64,000 nt of DNA from an uncultured virus (IMG/VR IMGVR_UViG_3300020536_000396) (IMGVR_UViG_3300020536_000396:1-64000), one strand, 5' to 3'. Shown: positions 48,067-58,790, counted from the stretch's first letter. Numbers and translations are program-made. Notes: a model not told the origin generated them from the letters alone.

Positions 48067-48543
48067 ACTATTACTGGTCGATTTGGTCCAATGGTTCTTA
48101 ATCAGACATTGGGTTTTGAAAATTTTATTCGTGACGTTGAAGCAATTCTAAATGATTCTAGACCAACAAACAATTTTCCACCACATAACATCATCAAAGC
48201 AGATGAAAACAAATATGTGGTAGAACTTGCTGTTGCTGGTTTTAGTAAAGACGAAATTGATATCGAAGTGCAGGATAATACTTTGACTATCAAAGGTGAT
48301 AAGAAAGTCGGTACACCCGATGTTCAATACCTACACCGTGGAATTGGCACACGATCTTTTACTAAAGCAATCACAATCGCTGACACCATTGAAGTAAAAG
48401 GTGCAGAGTTCAAAGATGGTATTCTACGCATTGGACTTGAGAACATCATTCCAGAGCATAAGAAACCACGTAAGATTGAAATTGGCAATGAACTAAAGAC
48501 GTTTGAACCTCAACTTCTACAAGAAGAAAAACAAACGGCTTAA
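48064..48543 (+). CDS. Small heat-shock protein (Hsp20, IbpA-like)
   Basis: FPPHNI, ELAVAGF, YLHRGIGTRSF, DGILRI. Confidence 0.93.
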   Translation: MTITGRFGPMVLNQTLGFENFIRDVEAILNDSRPTNNFPPHNIIKADENKYVVELAVAGFSKDEIDIEVQDNTLTIKGDKKVGTPDVQYLHRGIGTRSFTKAITIADTIEVKGAEFKDGILRIGLENIIPEHKKPRKIEIGNELKTFEPQLLQEEKQTA

Positions 48544-48548
48544 TTTCT

Positions 48549-48564
48549 TGGGGCTTCGGCCTCA
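48549..48564 (+). terminator. UUCG hairpin after hsp20 (weak terminator or stabiliser)
   Basis: TGGGGC-TTCG-GCCTCA; no T tail. Confidence 0.4.
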
Positions 48565-48572
48565 TCTATATT

Positions 48573-49406
48573 ATGAACACACCAATAACAATGCTGGTTC
48601 ATACTCATAAAGAGTACGCTTTCAATTTTGATTCGAAGTGGGTTAAGTATTTCTACGCCGCATCTTCCGATCCAAATGAATGGCATCCTTCTGTTGGTAA
48701 TTTTACCAATGTGTACGAAGGAGAAAACACCATTAAGAAATTTTACAAGTATTATTCACACATAAGTGAATTAGAATTTCTTAAAGCTATGGGTCAACAA
48801 TCAACAGAATATTATGCTGCTAATCACATAGATTCTGATTACATTGGATGTGGTTCATATAGAAGATATTTGGCAGTTGAGAATGGTGTTGGTTATACAG
48901 GAGAAAAATTAGAAGTTCCTGCTAATGAAGATTCATGCAGGTTTTTAACTTCTGATTCTCAGATGAATCGTGCTCTAGATTATCTACAATCTGCTGATGT
49001 AGTTTGTAGTAGATTTAGAATGATGCACAATTCAATTGAAAGACAATATTTGGAATCACAACTTCCAGAATATTGGTTTCTTTTCAAACAAGGTATAGAA
49101 ACTCTTTTTCCTGAATACAAACGACATATGATTTGGTTCACAGATTATAGTATCTGTAACTATGAATGTGTTTATGTAATGCCAAAATCATGGTTCAAGA
49201 AAATGTTTGGTGAATATTTTGCCATCATGGAATATATTTGGCAAAATTGCGAAGAAGTATATCCGGATAAAAACAAGAGGAGTTGGCACTGCTCTGAACC
49301 TTTTCCATGGAGATATCCTGGATTTCTAAATGAAAGGTTCGTTCCGTTCTTTATGTACGCTAATGGGCTAAGGAAAATCGAAGTTCCTTTAGCGTTTTTA
49401 TCATGA
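48573..49406 (+). CDS. DUF4422-like glycosyltransferase-associated protein
   Basis: LVHTHK, DYIGCGSYRRY, RYPGFLNERF. Confidence 0.65.
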   Translation: MNTPITMLVHTHKEYAFNFDSKWVKYFYAASSDPNEWHPSVGNFTNVYEGENTIKKFYKYYSHISELEFLKAMGQQSTEYYAANHIDSDYIGCGSYRRYLAVENGVGYTGEKLEVPANEDSCRFLTSDSQMNRALDYLQSADVVCSRFRMMHNSIERQYLESQLPEYWFLFKQGIETLFPEYKRHMIWFTDYSICNYECVYVMPKSWFKKMFGEYFAIMEYIWQNCEEVYPDKNKRSWHCSEPFPWRYPGFLNERFVPFFMYANGLRKIEVPLAFLS

Positions 49407-49819
49407 AAGAAAAATATCTTGAATCTTATATGGGTGTGGCTGAAATCTTTGCTAGACAGTCATCGGCAAAGAGATTGCAAGTTGGTGCCATTGTAGTCAA
49501 AGATGATCGTATCATTAGTATAGGTTACAATGGAATGCCATCAGGTTGGGATAATGTGTGTGAAAATATTAATGAAGATGGTACGTTAAAAACAAAACCA
49601 GAGGTGCTTCATGCTGAAATGAATGCTATAGCCAAATTAGCAAGAAGTAACGAATCTGGTTTAAACTCCACTATGTTCATCACACATGCACCATGCATTG
49701 AGTGTGCTAAATTGATATATCAATCTGGCATTAAAAAAGTTTTTTATAAAAATGAATACAGATCACAAGATGGTATAGATTTTCTTAAAAAATGTAATAT
49801 CGATATTAATAAACTATAA
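49403..49819 (+). CDS. cd: dCMP deaminase
   Basis: GYNG, HAEMNA, PCIEC. Confidence 0.92.
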   Translation: MKEKYLESYMGVAEIFARQSSAKRLQVGAIVVKDDRIISIGYNGMPSGWDNVCENINEDGTLKTKPEVLHAEMNAIAKLARSNESGLNSTMFITHAPCIECAKLIYQSGIKKVFYKNEYRSQDGIDFLKKCNIDINKL

Positions 49820-49828
49820 GGAGAAGTT

Positions 49829-50269
49829 ATGTCGCAGGTAAAAGGTACTAAAACTGAATTGAATTTGAAAGAAGCATTTGCTGGTGAATCGCAGGCGAAT
49901 CGTCGTTATTTGTATTTCGCTAACATGTGTGATATTGCTGGCGCTCAAGAAGTAGCAGCTGTTTTCCGCCATACTGCTGAGGGAGAAACAGGTCATGCTC
50001 ACGGTCATATGGAATACTTGATCGAAGGCGGTGCTGGTGATCCTGCAACAGGAATGCCTGCAAAGAGCATTGTTCAGGCTCTCGAATCATCCATCGAAGG
50101 TGAAACTCATGAATATACCGACATGTATCCAGGTATGGCTAAAACTGCTCGTGAAGAAGGCTTCGAAGAAATTGCCGATTGGTTTGAAACTCTAGCAAAA
50201 GCAGAACGCAGCCATGCAGGTAAGTTTAAGAAAACTCTTGAGGCATACAAACAAGAAATTGGTGCTTAA
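49829..50269 (+). CDS. Rubrerythrin (short form, no rubredoxin domain)
   Basis: [29 protein letters not shown]. Confidence 0.92.
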   Translation: MSQVKGTKTELNLKEAFAGESQANRRYLYFANMCDIAGAQEVAAVFRHTAEGETGHAHGHMEYLIEGGAGDPATGMPAKSIVQALESSIEGETHEYTDMYPGMAKTAREEGFEEIADWFETLAKAERSHAGKFKKTLEAYKQEIGA

Positions 50270-50326
50270 TTGCCACTTTTTTGAATTGTATATTGTATAA
50301 TATTATTTTTATTGTTAAGGAAAAAT

Positions 50327-50551
50327 ATGAACATTCGTGAACTAGCAAAAAAACTTGCTATCGATAACAAAATGATTCATGCTGAAAAGTATGATTTATA
50401 TTATCGTGATTATGATAACATGGTAGAAGTTTTGGGTTGGGTTCAAGACCCTTTGATTAATGCTTCTGATTTCAATGGAAGAGAAATGCTCATTCCAAAT
50501 CGGTGGGTTACATTGGGAGTTCTAGATGCTAATATGGGAGTCAATGTATGA
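50327..50551 (+). CDS. Hypothetical protein
   Basis: ORF track; AAGGA RBS before ATG 50327. Confidence 0.6.
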   Translation: MNIRELAKKLAIDNKMIHAEKYDLYYRDYDNMVEVLGWVQDPLINASDFNGREMLIPNRWVTLGVLDANMGVNV

Positions 50552-50847
50552 CCGTTAAATTAATTACACTTAAAACTAACCACACTCTCATCGGAGAAAT
50601 TGTTGATGAAGGTAATGTTGGTGTAAAAATAAAACAACCAGTTCAAGTTGTTGTTCAGCCAACAAAAGATGGCCCAATGATGGGTTTTGTTCCGTTTGTT
50701 GACTTTAGTGAGGACTTTAAAACTGGATTTGTAATTAATAATAACGACATTTTATTTACAAGTTCGCCTGTAAGAGAACTCGAAAATCAGTATAATAAGA
50801 TGTTCGGTTCTGGTATCGAAATCGCTTCTTCAATTCCTAAATTATAA
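50548..50847 (+). CDS. Conserved T4-like hypothetical protein (Sm-like)
   Basis: VKLITLKT...QYNKMFGSGI; position before gp43. Confidence 0.65.
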   Translation: MTVKLITLKTNHTLIGEIVDEGNVGVKIKQPVQVVVQPTKDGPMMGFVPFVDFSEDFKTGFVINNNDILFTSSPVRELENQYNKMFGSGIEIASSIPKL

Positions 50848-50850
50848 TGA

Positions 50851-53403
50851 ATGACAAATAATTATTATACAAATGTTTCATGCCTCGGAAGTAATATTCT
50901 CTTCCGAGGTGTTAAAGACGGCCGGCGTGTTAAGTATAAAGTTGCTTACACGCCGACTTTGTTTTTGAAATCAAATAAACCTAGCAAGTATAAATCTCTT
51001 GATGGTTTGAGTTTAGAGACAATAAAGTTTCAGACCATTCGTGAATCGAGAGACTTTGTTCGTCAGTATAATGACGTTGAAGGATTTAAAATCTTTGGTA
51101 ATGACCGTTATGAATACGCTTTCATTGCTGATACATTCAAAGGTGACATTAATTGGAACTTTGATGATCTTTCTATTGCTATAATCGATATTGAAGTTGG
51201 ATCAGAAAATGGTTTTCCTGACCCATACAAAGTCACAGAGCCTATCACTGCCATTGGAATAAAATATATTAATGGAAAAATGATTGTCTATGGTTGTGGT
51301 GACTATGACAATCAACGTGATGATGTTACCTACATCAAGTGTAAGAGTGAAATCGACCTGTGTAAAAAATTCATCGATGATTGGCAACAAAACTGTCCTG
51401 ATGCAATCAGTGGATGGAATATTCGTTTCTTTGATATTCCATATCTGGTCAATCGAATCAATAACCTTTTGGGTGAAGAAGAAGTAAAGAAACTTTCACC
51501 ATGGGGTATCATAAACACAAAAAAGATTACAAAGATTAATCGTGACCTTGATGTTTATGATTTACTTGGTGTTCCAACACTAGATTATATCGAACTGTAT
51601 AGATGGTACGCTCCGGCTGGTAAGTCACAAGAATCTTATCGGCTAGATCACATCGCCAGCGTTGAACTGAATGAGAACAAACTTTCATATGACGAATATG
51701 AAAACTTACATTCATTATATCGTTTAAACTTTCAAAAGTTTATTGATTATAACATTAAAGACGTTGAGCTTGTACTGAAGTTGGAAGAAAAACTTAAATT
51801 GATTGAATTGGGTTTGACTTTGGCTTACGATACAAAAACAAACTATGAGGACATTTTCGCACAAACGAGAATGTGGGATTCTTTGATCTATAATTATCTT
51901 TTAGACAAAGATATCATTGTTCCACCAAAAACGGTAAAAAATAAGAGTTCGGCTTTTGAGGGTGCTTATGTGAAAGAACCCCAAGTCGGTGTTCATGAAT
52001 ATGTTGCTTCATTTGACTTGAACTCTCTCTATCCACACTTGATGATGATGTACAACATTTCACCAGAAACTCTTATTGATACAGAGGATTACACGGATGA
52101 AATGCGTGATATTCTTTCAGCAGGCGTAAATGTCGAGAAACTATTAATGAGACAGGTTGACACTTCAAAACTCATTGATGCTACAATTACACCAAACGGT
52201 CAACTTTTTAGAACTGACTTTCAAGGTTTTCTTCCTAAGATGTTGGAAGAAATGTATGAAGGTCGTAAAAAATTTAAGAAGATGATGTTGCAGGCGAAAC
52301 AAGAATATGAAAAAGAAAATGACGATGAAAAGAAATATGAAATCGAAAAAAGAATTGCACGATATGATAATCTTCAACTAGCGAAGAAAGTCTCCCTCAA
52401 TTCTGCTTACGGTGCTCTTGGTAGTCAATACTTCCGTTTTTATGATTTGAGAATGGCACTTGGCGTTACTACAGCGGGCCAATTATCCATTCGTTGGATT
52501 GAAAATAAACTAAATGAATATTTAAATAAGTTATTAAGTACAAATAATGAAGATTACGTTATCGCCTCAGACACAGATTCGATTTATCTTAATCTTGGTC
52601 CGCTTGTTAAAAAGGTGTATGTTGCGGGAGAAAAAGTTCCTTCATCTAGAATCAAGATCATCGAGTTCATGGATAAAGTCTGCGAGCAGAAGATACAACC
52701 GTTCATTGATGAAAGTTACAAGGATCTTGCTACGTATGTTCGTGCATACGCCCAAAAAATGCAAATGAAACGTGAAGCATTATCTGATCGTGGCATTTGG
52801 ACTGCAAAGAAAAGATATATTCTAAACGTACACAACAATGAAGGTGTTCAATATAAAGAACCTCAAATGAAAGTTATGGGTATGGAGATGGTTAAATCTT
52901 CAACGCCTGCTGCTATTCGGGAAAAAATGAAACAGGCTATTCACATTATGTTGAATGGTAAAGAAGGTGATATTCATGACTTCATTGAAGAATTTAGAGA
53001 GAAGTTTAAACAATTGCCTCCTGAAGAAGTATCTTTTCCCAGAGGATTGAATGGTTTGAAAGATTATTCTGATACCGCTACTCTATATAAAAAAGGGACA
53101 CCGATTCATGTCAAGGGTGCTTTACTATACAACAATCGGTTGGAATCTTTGAAGTTAGATAAAAAATATCCAAGGATTCAAGAAGGTGAGAAAATTAAAT
53201 TTACTTACCTAAAACAACCGAATCCTTTAAAAGATATGGTCATTTCTTATCCAACGAGATTGCCACCAGAGTTTGGTCTCCATGATTTTGTTGATTATGA
53301 TACGCAGTTTGAAAAGTCATTTTTGGAACCAATTAAAGTGATTCTCGACTGTATGGGATGGACAACAGAAAAAACCAATTCATTAGACAGCTTTTTCTCA
53401 TGA
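50851..53403 (+). CDS. gp43: Family B DNA polymerase gp43
   Basis: DIEV, SFDLNSLYP, KVSLNSAYG, SDTDS, KKRY. Confidence 0.98.
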   Translation: MTNNYYTNVSCLGSNILFRGVKDGRRVKYKVAYTPTLFLKSNKPSKYKSLDGLSLETIKFQTIRESRDFVRQYNDVEGFKIFGNDRYEYAFIADTFKGDINWNFDDLSIAIIDIEVGSENGFPDPYKVTEPITAIGIKYINGKMIVYGCGDYDNQRDDVTYIKCKSEIDLCKKFIDDWQQNCPDAISGWNIRFFDIPYLVNRINNLLGEEEVKKLSPWGIINTKKITKINRDLDVYDLLGVPTLDYIELYRWYAPAGKSQESYRLDHIASVELNENKLSYDEYENLHSLYRLNFQKFIDYNIKDVELVLKLEEKLKLIELGLTLAYDTKTNYEDIFAQTRMWDSLIYNYLLDKDIIVPPKTVKNKSSAFEGAYVKEPQVGVHEYVASFDLNSLYPHLMMMYNISPETLIDTEDYTDEMRDILSAGVNVEKLLMRQVDTSKLIDATITPNGQLFRTDFQGFLPKMLEEMYEGRKKFKKMMLQAKQEYEKENDDEKKYEIEKRIARYDNLQLAKKVSLNSAYGALGSQYFRFYDLRMALGVTTAGQLSIRWIENKLNEYLNKLLSTNNEDYVIASDTDSIYLNLGPLVKKVYVAGEKVPSSRIKIIEFMDKVCEQKIQPFIDESYKDLATYVRAYAQKMQMKREALSDRGIWTAKKRYILNVHNNEGVQYKEPQMKVMGMEMVKSSTPAAIREKMKQAIHIMLNGKEGDIHDFIEEFREKFKQLPPEEVSFPRGLNGLKDYSDTATLYKKGTPIHVKGALLYNNRLESLKLDKKYPRIQEGEKIKFTYLKQPNPLKDMVISYPTRLPPEFGLHDFVDYDTQFEKSFLEPIKVILDCMGWTTEKTNSLDSFFS

Positions 53404-54308
53404 CACAATTTATATTACCTTTTTTGACCGCCATTGCTCTTTCGGGCGTGGCGGCTTATTATTCGGTAATAGGACTTGCACAGATATTTCCTGGATCTTA
53501 TTGGCCGGTTATAATCATGGGCACAGTTTTAGAAATAGCAAAATTGGTGACAGTATCATGGTTACATAATCATTGGAAAGAAACATTCTCTGCACTCAAG
53601 TTTTATTTTTTGATTGCAGTGATATTGCTTATGGCAATTACTTCAATGGGTATTTTTGGTTACCTATCAAAGGCCCATATTGAACACTCATCAAACATAT
53701 CACCTTTAGCCGCAAAGGTAGAAATTTATGACAAAAAGATTGAAGCACTCCAAGCGACCATTGAGAGGAATGACAAGAACCTTAGTCAGTATGATGCATC
53801 TGTCGATGAAATTATGGGCAGGTCGAAAGACGAAAGGGGCGCCGAGAGGGCATCACAGATACGCAAGGCCCAACAGAAAGACCGTGAGAGAATCGCTTCT
53901 GAAAATGCAAGGCTTCAAAAAGAAATACAAAACCTCACGGAAGAAAAACTCCCTTTATCCTTGGAAGTTAAGAAGGCTGAATCAGATTTGGGACCTATCA
54001 AATACGTGGCAGAAGTAGTATATGGTACACAAGACCGTGATTTGATTGATAAAGCAGTTCGACTGGTAATTTTTATTATTATTATCGTGTTTGATCCACT
54101 TGCTGTTTTGCTGTTAGTAGCATCAAATCAAACTTATAGAAAATATGCAGCTGATAAAGTGGACATTTTACCAGAAATTAAGGCAAGAAAGAGGAAAAAG
54201 ATTGACAAACAGCCCGCTAATAGTTTAGACTCTTTTTTTGTTGATACAGAACACGAAGTAATACACAAATCAAAAATTGCCAATTTTGAGGATGATTCAA
54301 AACCATGA
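53400..54308 (+). CDS. Membrane protein with coiled coil
   Basis: N-terminal TM helices, coiled coil, GPIKY...VFDPLAVLLL; start ATG 53400. Confidence 0.7.
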   Translation: MTQFILPFLTAIALSGVAAYYSVIGLAQIFPGSYWPVIIMGTVLEIAKLVTVSWLHNHWKETFSALKFYFLIAVILLMAITSMGIFGYLSKAHIEHSSNISPLAAKVEIYDKKIEALQATIERNDKNLSQYDASVDEIMGRSKDERGAERASQIRKAQQKDRERIASENARLQKEIQNLTEEKLPLSLEVKKAESDLGPIKYVAEVVYGTQDRDLIDKAVRLVIFIIIIVFDPLAVLLLVASNQTYRKYAADKVDILPEIKARKRKKIDKQPANSLDSFFVDTEHEVIHKSKIANFEDDSKP

Positions 54309-54919
54309 GGGAAGTAATTGAACTTTTTCCTGTTCCTCTGTATAGAAATAATATTTTCGTTGATGAGGACACAAGACGCTTTGTAATGAACTGTAAATAC
54401 GTAAGAAACGATAATGGTTTGTTCACTGATGCCAAACTTCTCGATCTTCCAGAACTTTCTGATCTCAAACACCTGATTCTCAGAGAAGTTGAATATTATG
54501 TATATGATTATTTGAAAGTTGTAAAAAATGTTGAGGTATACATTACATCATCATGGGCAGTAAAACACCAGAGAGGTGATTGGGCACAACCACATCACCA
54601 TAGTAATAGTATTTTCAGTGGTGTTTTATATGTTAATGTCGATGAAAAAAGTGGTAACATAAAGTTTGTTCGTGATTCTAGGGCATATAATGTTTGGCCA
54701 ATTTCTGTTTGTCCTGATGTTGAGGAAGAAAACAGAATTAGTTCTGTTGATTGGGTTGTAACGCCAAAAATAAATGACATACTAATTTTTCCATCTCATC
54801 TAACACACGAAGTTTCGAGAAATATTTCAGGTATCGAAAGATGTGTTATCGCCTTTAATATTTTCTTTAAAGGAACTCTTGGTGATACGGAAACTTTACT
54901 GATTCTAAACGGAGAATAA
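54305..54919 (+). CDS. Putative 2OG-Fe(II) oxygenase
   Basis: PHHHSNSIFSGVLY, IFPSHLTHEV, RCVIAFN. Confidence 0.82.
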   Translation: MREVIELFPVPLYRNNIFVDEDTRRFVMNCKYVRNDNGLFTDAKLLDLPELSDLKHLILREVEYYVYDYLKVVKNVEVYITSSWAVKHQRGDWAQPHHHSNSIFSGVLYVNVDEKSGNIKFVRDSRAYNVWPISVCPDVEEENRISSVDWVVTPKINDILIFPSHLTHEVSRNISGIERCVIAFNIFFKGTLGDTETLLILNGE

Positions 54920-54920
54920 A

Positions 54921-55982
54921 ATGAGTTTACTTGAAAAGATTAAAAAGAATTCTACAATCAAAGATAGTTCTATTCTATCTAAATCAAAGTTGTTTACAGA
55001 AAAAGATATGATTCCAACTGCCATTCCTATGGTGAATGTTGCTTTGTCAGGAAGATTGGATGGTGGTCTTACTCCTGGTTTAACAATGTGGGCAGGTCCC
55101 TCTAAACACTTTAAGACAGCCTTCTCTTTGTTGATGGCTAAGTCCTATATGGACAAGTATGATGAATCTGTTTTGTTGTTTTATGATTCCGAATTTGGAA
55201 CTCCACAGTCATACTTTGATACCTTTGGTATTGACACTGACAGAGTGATTCATTCACCAATTACTGATATTGAACAATTAAAGTTTGATATTATGGCTCA
55301 GTTGGAAAATATCAATCGAGGTGATCGTGTTATCATTGTCATTGATTCGATTGGTAATCTCGCATCAAAGAAAGAAGTTGAAGATGCTCTTGAACAGAAG
55401 TCTGTTGCTGATATGTCACGAGCAAAACAAGTAAAAAGTTTATTCCGCATGATTACACCACATTTAAATCTAAAAGATATTCCTATGGTTGTGGTGAATC
55501 ACACTTATAAAGAAATCGGAATGTTTCCTAAAGATATCGTTGGTGGTGGAACAGGTTCTTACTATTCTGCTGACAATATCTTCATTTTAGGTCGTCAACA
55601 AGAAAAAGAAGGATCAGAAATTGTTGGATACAATTTCATCATTAACGTAGAGAAATCAAGATATGTTCGAGAAAAATCTAAAATACCTGTTACTGTATCT
55701 TTTGATGGTGGTATTAACAAGTGGTCTGGCCTTATGGATATCGCTCTCGAAGGCAATTTTGTAACCAAACCAAGTAATGGTTGGTATGCTAAAGTTGACC
55801 AGGAGACTGGTGAAGTCTTAGATAAGAAACGCTTTGCTGATACACAAACAGAAGAATTTTGGAGAGATATTTTAGAAAATAATTCATTCAAAGACTATGT
55901 GAAGAAAAGATATGAAATCACTTATAGCAGTATTATGGGACAAGATGACATTTTGGAAGAAGTCGAAGAAAATGAAGCTTGA
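54921..55982 (+). CDS. uvsX: RecA-like recombinase UvsX
   Basis: GPSKHFKT, YDSEFG, DSIGNLASKKE. Confidence 0.95.
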   Translation: MSLLEKIKKNSTIKDSSILSKSKLFTEKDMIPTAIPMVNVALSGRLDGGLTPGLTMWAGPSKHFKTAFSLLMAKSYMDKYDESVLLFYDSEFGTPQSYFDTFGIDTDRVIHSPITDIEQLKFDIMAQLENINRGDRVIIVIDSIGNLASKKEVEDALEQKSVADMSRAKQVKSLFRMITPHLNLKDIPMVVVNHTYKEIGMFPKDIVGGGTGSYYSADNIFILGRQQEKEGSEIVGYNFIINVEKSRYVREKSKIPVTVSFDGGINKWSGLMDIALEGNFVTKPSNGWYAKVDQETGEVLDKKRFADTQTEEFWRDILENNSFKDYVKKRYEITYSSIMGQDDILEEVEENEA

Positions 55983-56289
55983 AGAAGATATTGATTATAA
56001 ATTCATAAACTTCAGTCATACCGAAGTTATTGGTATAGAGTTGTTAATGGAAGAATATCAAGGTACAATGTACCATTACCATAAAGTTGGTGCAGTTGAA
56101 GATGAAGGTGTAGCTAAACTTAGATTCAGTTATGTCATCATCACTCCTGGAAAACATGAGATGCAGGCCTTGTTAGAAGATGAAAATTTTCATACAATAA
56201 TGGGGGATATTCTCAGTAAAATTATTTTGGATTATAAACAACATGAATCGACTGGAACAAACGATACTGAAGAATTTGATATACAATGA
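55972..56289 (+). CDS. Hypothetical protein at the gp40 position
   Basis: Between uvsX and gp41; start ATG 55972. Confidence 0.55.
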   Translation: MKLEEDIDYKFINFSHTEVIGIELLMEEYQGTMYHYHKVGAVEDEGVAKLRFSYVIITPGKHEMQALLEDENFHTIMGDILSKIILDYKQHESTGTNDTEEFDIQ

Positions 56290-57646
56290 GGCCTATACCA
56301 GAAAAGTATTACCATTCATAAGATCAGATTATTTTTCAGACAACACAGAAAAAATTGTATTCAAAGAAGTTTTTGATTTTGTAAACAAGTATAAAAATCT
56401 TCCAACATACGAATCCCTTGTAATCAATTTTACCGAAAGTAAAACTCTTACTGGCGACCAGGTCAAAGGATCAATAGACTTACTAAAAGAACTCCACTCT
56501 AATCGAGAAGAAAAAGTCGAAGAAAAATGGCTTATTGAACAAACTGAAAAATTTTGTCAAGATAAAGCCATTTACAATGCTATCATGGAATCTGTCCAGA
56601 TTCTTGATGATAGAAACAAAGGTAAAACAAAAGGAGAAATTCCAAAACTTCTGAGTGATGCCCTTGGCGTTTCTTTTGACCAACACATCGGTCATGATTA
56701 CATGAATGACTACGATTCACGATATGATTTTTATCATAAAGTAGAAGCTAAAGTTCCATTCGATCTCGATATATTCAATAAAATTACAAAGGGTGGCTTA
56801 CCGGTCAAAACTTTGAACATTGCTTTGGCTGGCACAGGCGTTGGTAAATCTTTATTCATGTGTCATGTGGCCGCATCTTGTTTATCTCAGGGTAAAAATG
56901 TTTTATATATTACTCTTGAAATGGCCGAAGAAAGAATTGCTGAAAGAATTGATGCAAATCTTTTAAATATTGATTTGAATGAACTGAGAACAATCAGTAA
57001 AACAGACTACGACAAAAAGTTTCAAGTATTAAGAAACAAGGCAAATGGCAAATTAATCATCAAAGAATATCCAACTGCTTCTGCCTCTGCTCTACATTTC
57101 AGGGCTTTGCTTAATGAATTGGCTCTGAAAAAGAATTTTACTCCAGAAATTATCTTCATTGATTATTTGAACATCTGTTCATCTTCTAGAATAAAACCTG
57201 GCGGAAGTGTAAACTCTTACACATATGTAAAATCTATTGCTGAAGAGCTTCGTGGCTTGGCAGTTGAATTCAATGTGCCAATTGTATCTGCAACACAAAC
57301 CACAAGAAGTGGTTTTACAAACTCTGATCCAGGTCTTGAAGATACTTCAGAATCTTTTGGTTTGCCTGCAACTGCTGACTTTATGTTTGCTTTGATTACA
57401 AATGAAGAGTTGCAACAATTGAATCAAATTATGGTAAAACAATTGAAAAATCGTTATTCTGACCCAAATGATTATAAAAGATTTGTTGTGGGGGTTGACA
57501 GGGCTAAAATGAGACTGTATGATACGGAGCCTGATGCACAAAATGGAATTACAGATTCGGGGCAACCTGATGATACGCCTCCGTTGAATACATTTGGTAA
57601 TCGTGAACGTAAATTTAATAAAAATTTTGGTGGTCTAAAAGTATGA
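56243..57646 (+). CDS. gp41: Replicative helicase gp41
   Basis: AGTGVGKS, TLEMAEE, IDYLNI, SATQTTR, KNRY. Confidence 0.96.
   Translation: MNRLEQTILKNLIYNEAYTRKVLPFIRSDYFSDNTEKIVFKEVFDFVNKYKNLPTYESLVINFTESKTLTGDQVKGSIDLLKELHSNREEKVEEKWLIEQTEKFCQDKAIYNAIMESVQILDDRNKGKTKGEIPKLLSDALGVSFDQHIGHDYMNDYDSRYDFYHKVEAKVPFDLDIFNKITKGGLPVKTLNIALAGTGVGKSLFMCHVAASCLSQGKNVLYITLEMAEERIAERIDANLLNIDLNELRTISKTDYDKKFQVLRNKANGKLIIKEYPTASASALHFRALLNELALKKNFTPEIIFIDYLNICSSSRIKPGGSVNSYTYVKSIAEELRGLAVEFNVPIVSATQTTRSGFTNSDPGLEDTSESFGLPATADFMFALITNEELQQLNQIMVKQLKNRYSDPNDYKRFVVGVDRAKMRLYDTEPDAQNGITDSGQPDDTPPLNTFGNRERKFNKNFGGLKV
57495..57523 (+). promoter_or_regulatory. Internal sigma70-type promoter in the 3' end of gp41
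   Basis: TTGACA-N17-TATGAT about 120 nt upstream of the second DUF4338-like gene. Confidence 0.55.
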
Positions 57647-58758
57647 GTTTGACTAAGGAACAGGCAGTTTACTGTGCAAATGTTTTTTCAAACTATTTCG
57701 ATAAGTTTTCGAGAATAGATGAGTACATGAGAGAACAGAAAAAGGCTTCTATGGCAGAGAGGCCTTTTGTTTTGCCTGGTATGGGACCAGAAGAAGATTT
57801 GTTTTCCGATTTTTCTGTTTCGCCAGAGAAAATGAATTTCGAAATTGTAGAACTGCCTCAAGAGAGATGGGACATTTATTTGAATATGATTTCTTCACAT
57901 TCAAACATGACCAATATTCCCGGTCGATCCCTCAGATTGGCAGTCTTAGAAACTACAACGAACAAGTGGTGTGGTTTTATTCGTCTTGGTTCTCCTGTAA
58001 TTAACTGTAAACCAAGAAATGAGATGTTGGGTCAAGTGTTCACACAAGTCGATGGTGGTGCTCAAAGATTCAATCAATGTGCTATGATGGGTTTTGTGAT
58101 TGTACCCGCACAGCCTTTTGGATTTAATTATCTTGGTGGTAAATTGATGGCATCTATTTGCACGACACATGAAGTTCGTGAAATGCTAAATAAAAAATAC
58201 AATATGACCACATGTTTGTTTGAAACGACTAGTCTGTATGGTTCTACTAAGGCCGTATCACAGTATGATGGCATGAAACCTTATATTCGTTATAAAGGTT
58301 TGACCGACAGTGATTTTCTTCCCATGTTACATGGTAAAACTTATACAGACCTAAAAGAGTATATTGAAAATATAATTGGTGAGCCATTGGCACCAGAAAG
58401 TGCCTCTAGTAGAAAACTGAAAATATCTAATGCAATCGTTTCACATATCAATGTTGCTCTGAAGGGAACACCAGAGGGTGCTAAGTTTAAACAGACGATT
58501 GAAAATGCCAAAAATCTAAACGAACAAAAGAGATATTATGTTTCAGATTATGGATTCAGTAACATGATTGACTTTGTGAATGGTAAATCGAATACCTTGA
58601 CTAAAGGTGAAAACTATGATAAATTCTATCTGAAGAATGTGATTGAATGGTGGAGAAAAAAGGCCACGACAAGATACGAAAATCTCAAAACGGAGAATCG
58701 TCTGAGAAATGATATTGAAGTCTGGACTGGCGACACTGAACTAGACATTATACGATAG
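57643..58758 (+). CDS. DUF4338/DruA-like protein (second paralogue)
   Basis: PGRSLR, PFGFNYLGGKLMA, ETTSLYG, SQYDG. Confidence 0.65.
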   Translation: MSLTKEQAVYCANVFSNYFDKFSRIDEYMREQKKASMAERPFVLPGMGPEEDLFSDFSVSPEKMNFEIVELPQERWDIYLNMISSHSNMTNIPGRSLRLAVLETTTNKWCGFIRLGSPVINCKPRNEMLGQVFTQVDGGAQRFNQCAMMGFVIVPAQPFGFNYLGGKLMASICTTHEVREMLNKKYNMTTCLFETTSLYGSTKAVSQYDGMKPYIRYKGLTDSDFLPMLHGKTYTDLKEYIENIIGEPLAPESASSRKLKISNAIVSHINVALKGTPEGAKFKQTIENAKNLNEQKRYYVSDYGFSNMIDFVNGKSNTLTKGENYDKFYLKNVIEWWRKKATTRYENLKTENRLRNDIEVWTGDTELDIIR

Positions 58759-58759
58759 G

Positions 58760-58767
58760 CATAAATA
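58760..58767 (+). promoter_or_regulatory. Probable late promoter CATAAATA
   Basis: 7/8 match to TATAAATA in an intergenic gap before an AGGAG RBS. Confidence 0.55.
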
Positions 58768-58790
58768 CATAAAACTCTTTAGGAGACTTC

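Noticed and set aside
10864..57646. Introns or inteins in gp17, gp43, gp41, uvsX, or stop-codon reassignment
   Set aside because: Core genes are uninterrupted and of ordinary length in the standard code
37767..58758. Druantia defence system
   Set aside because: Only DruA-like genes; no DruE helicase or other components
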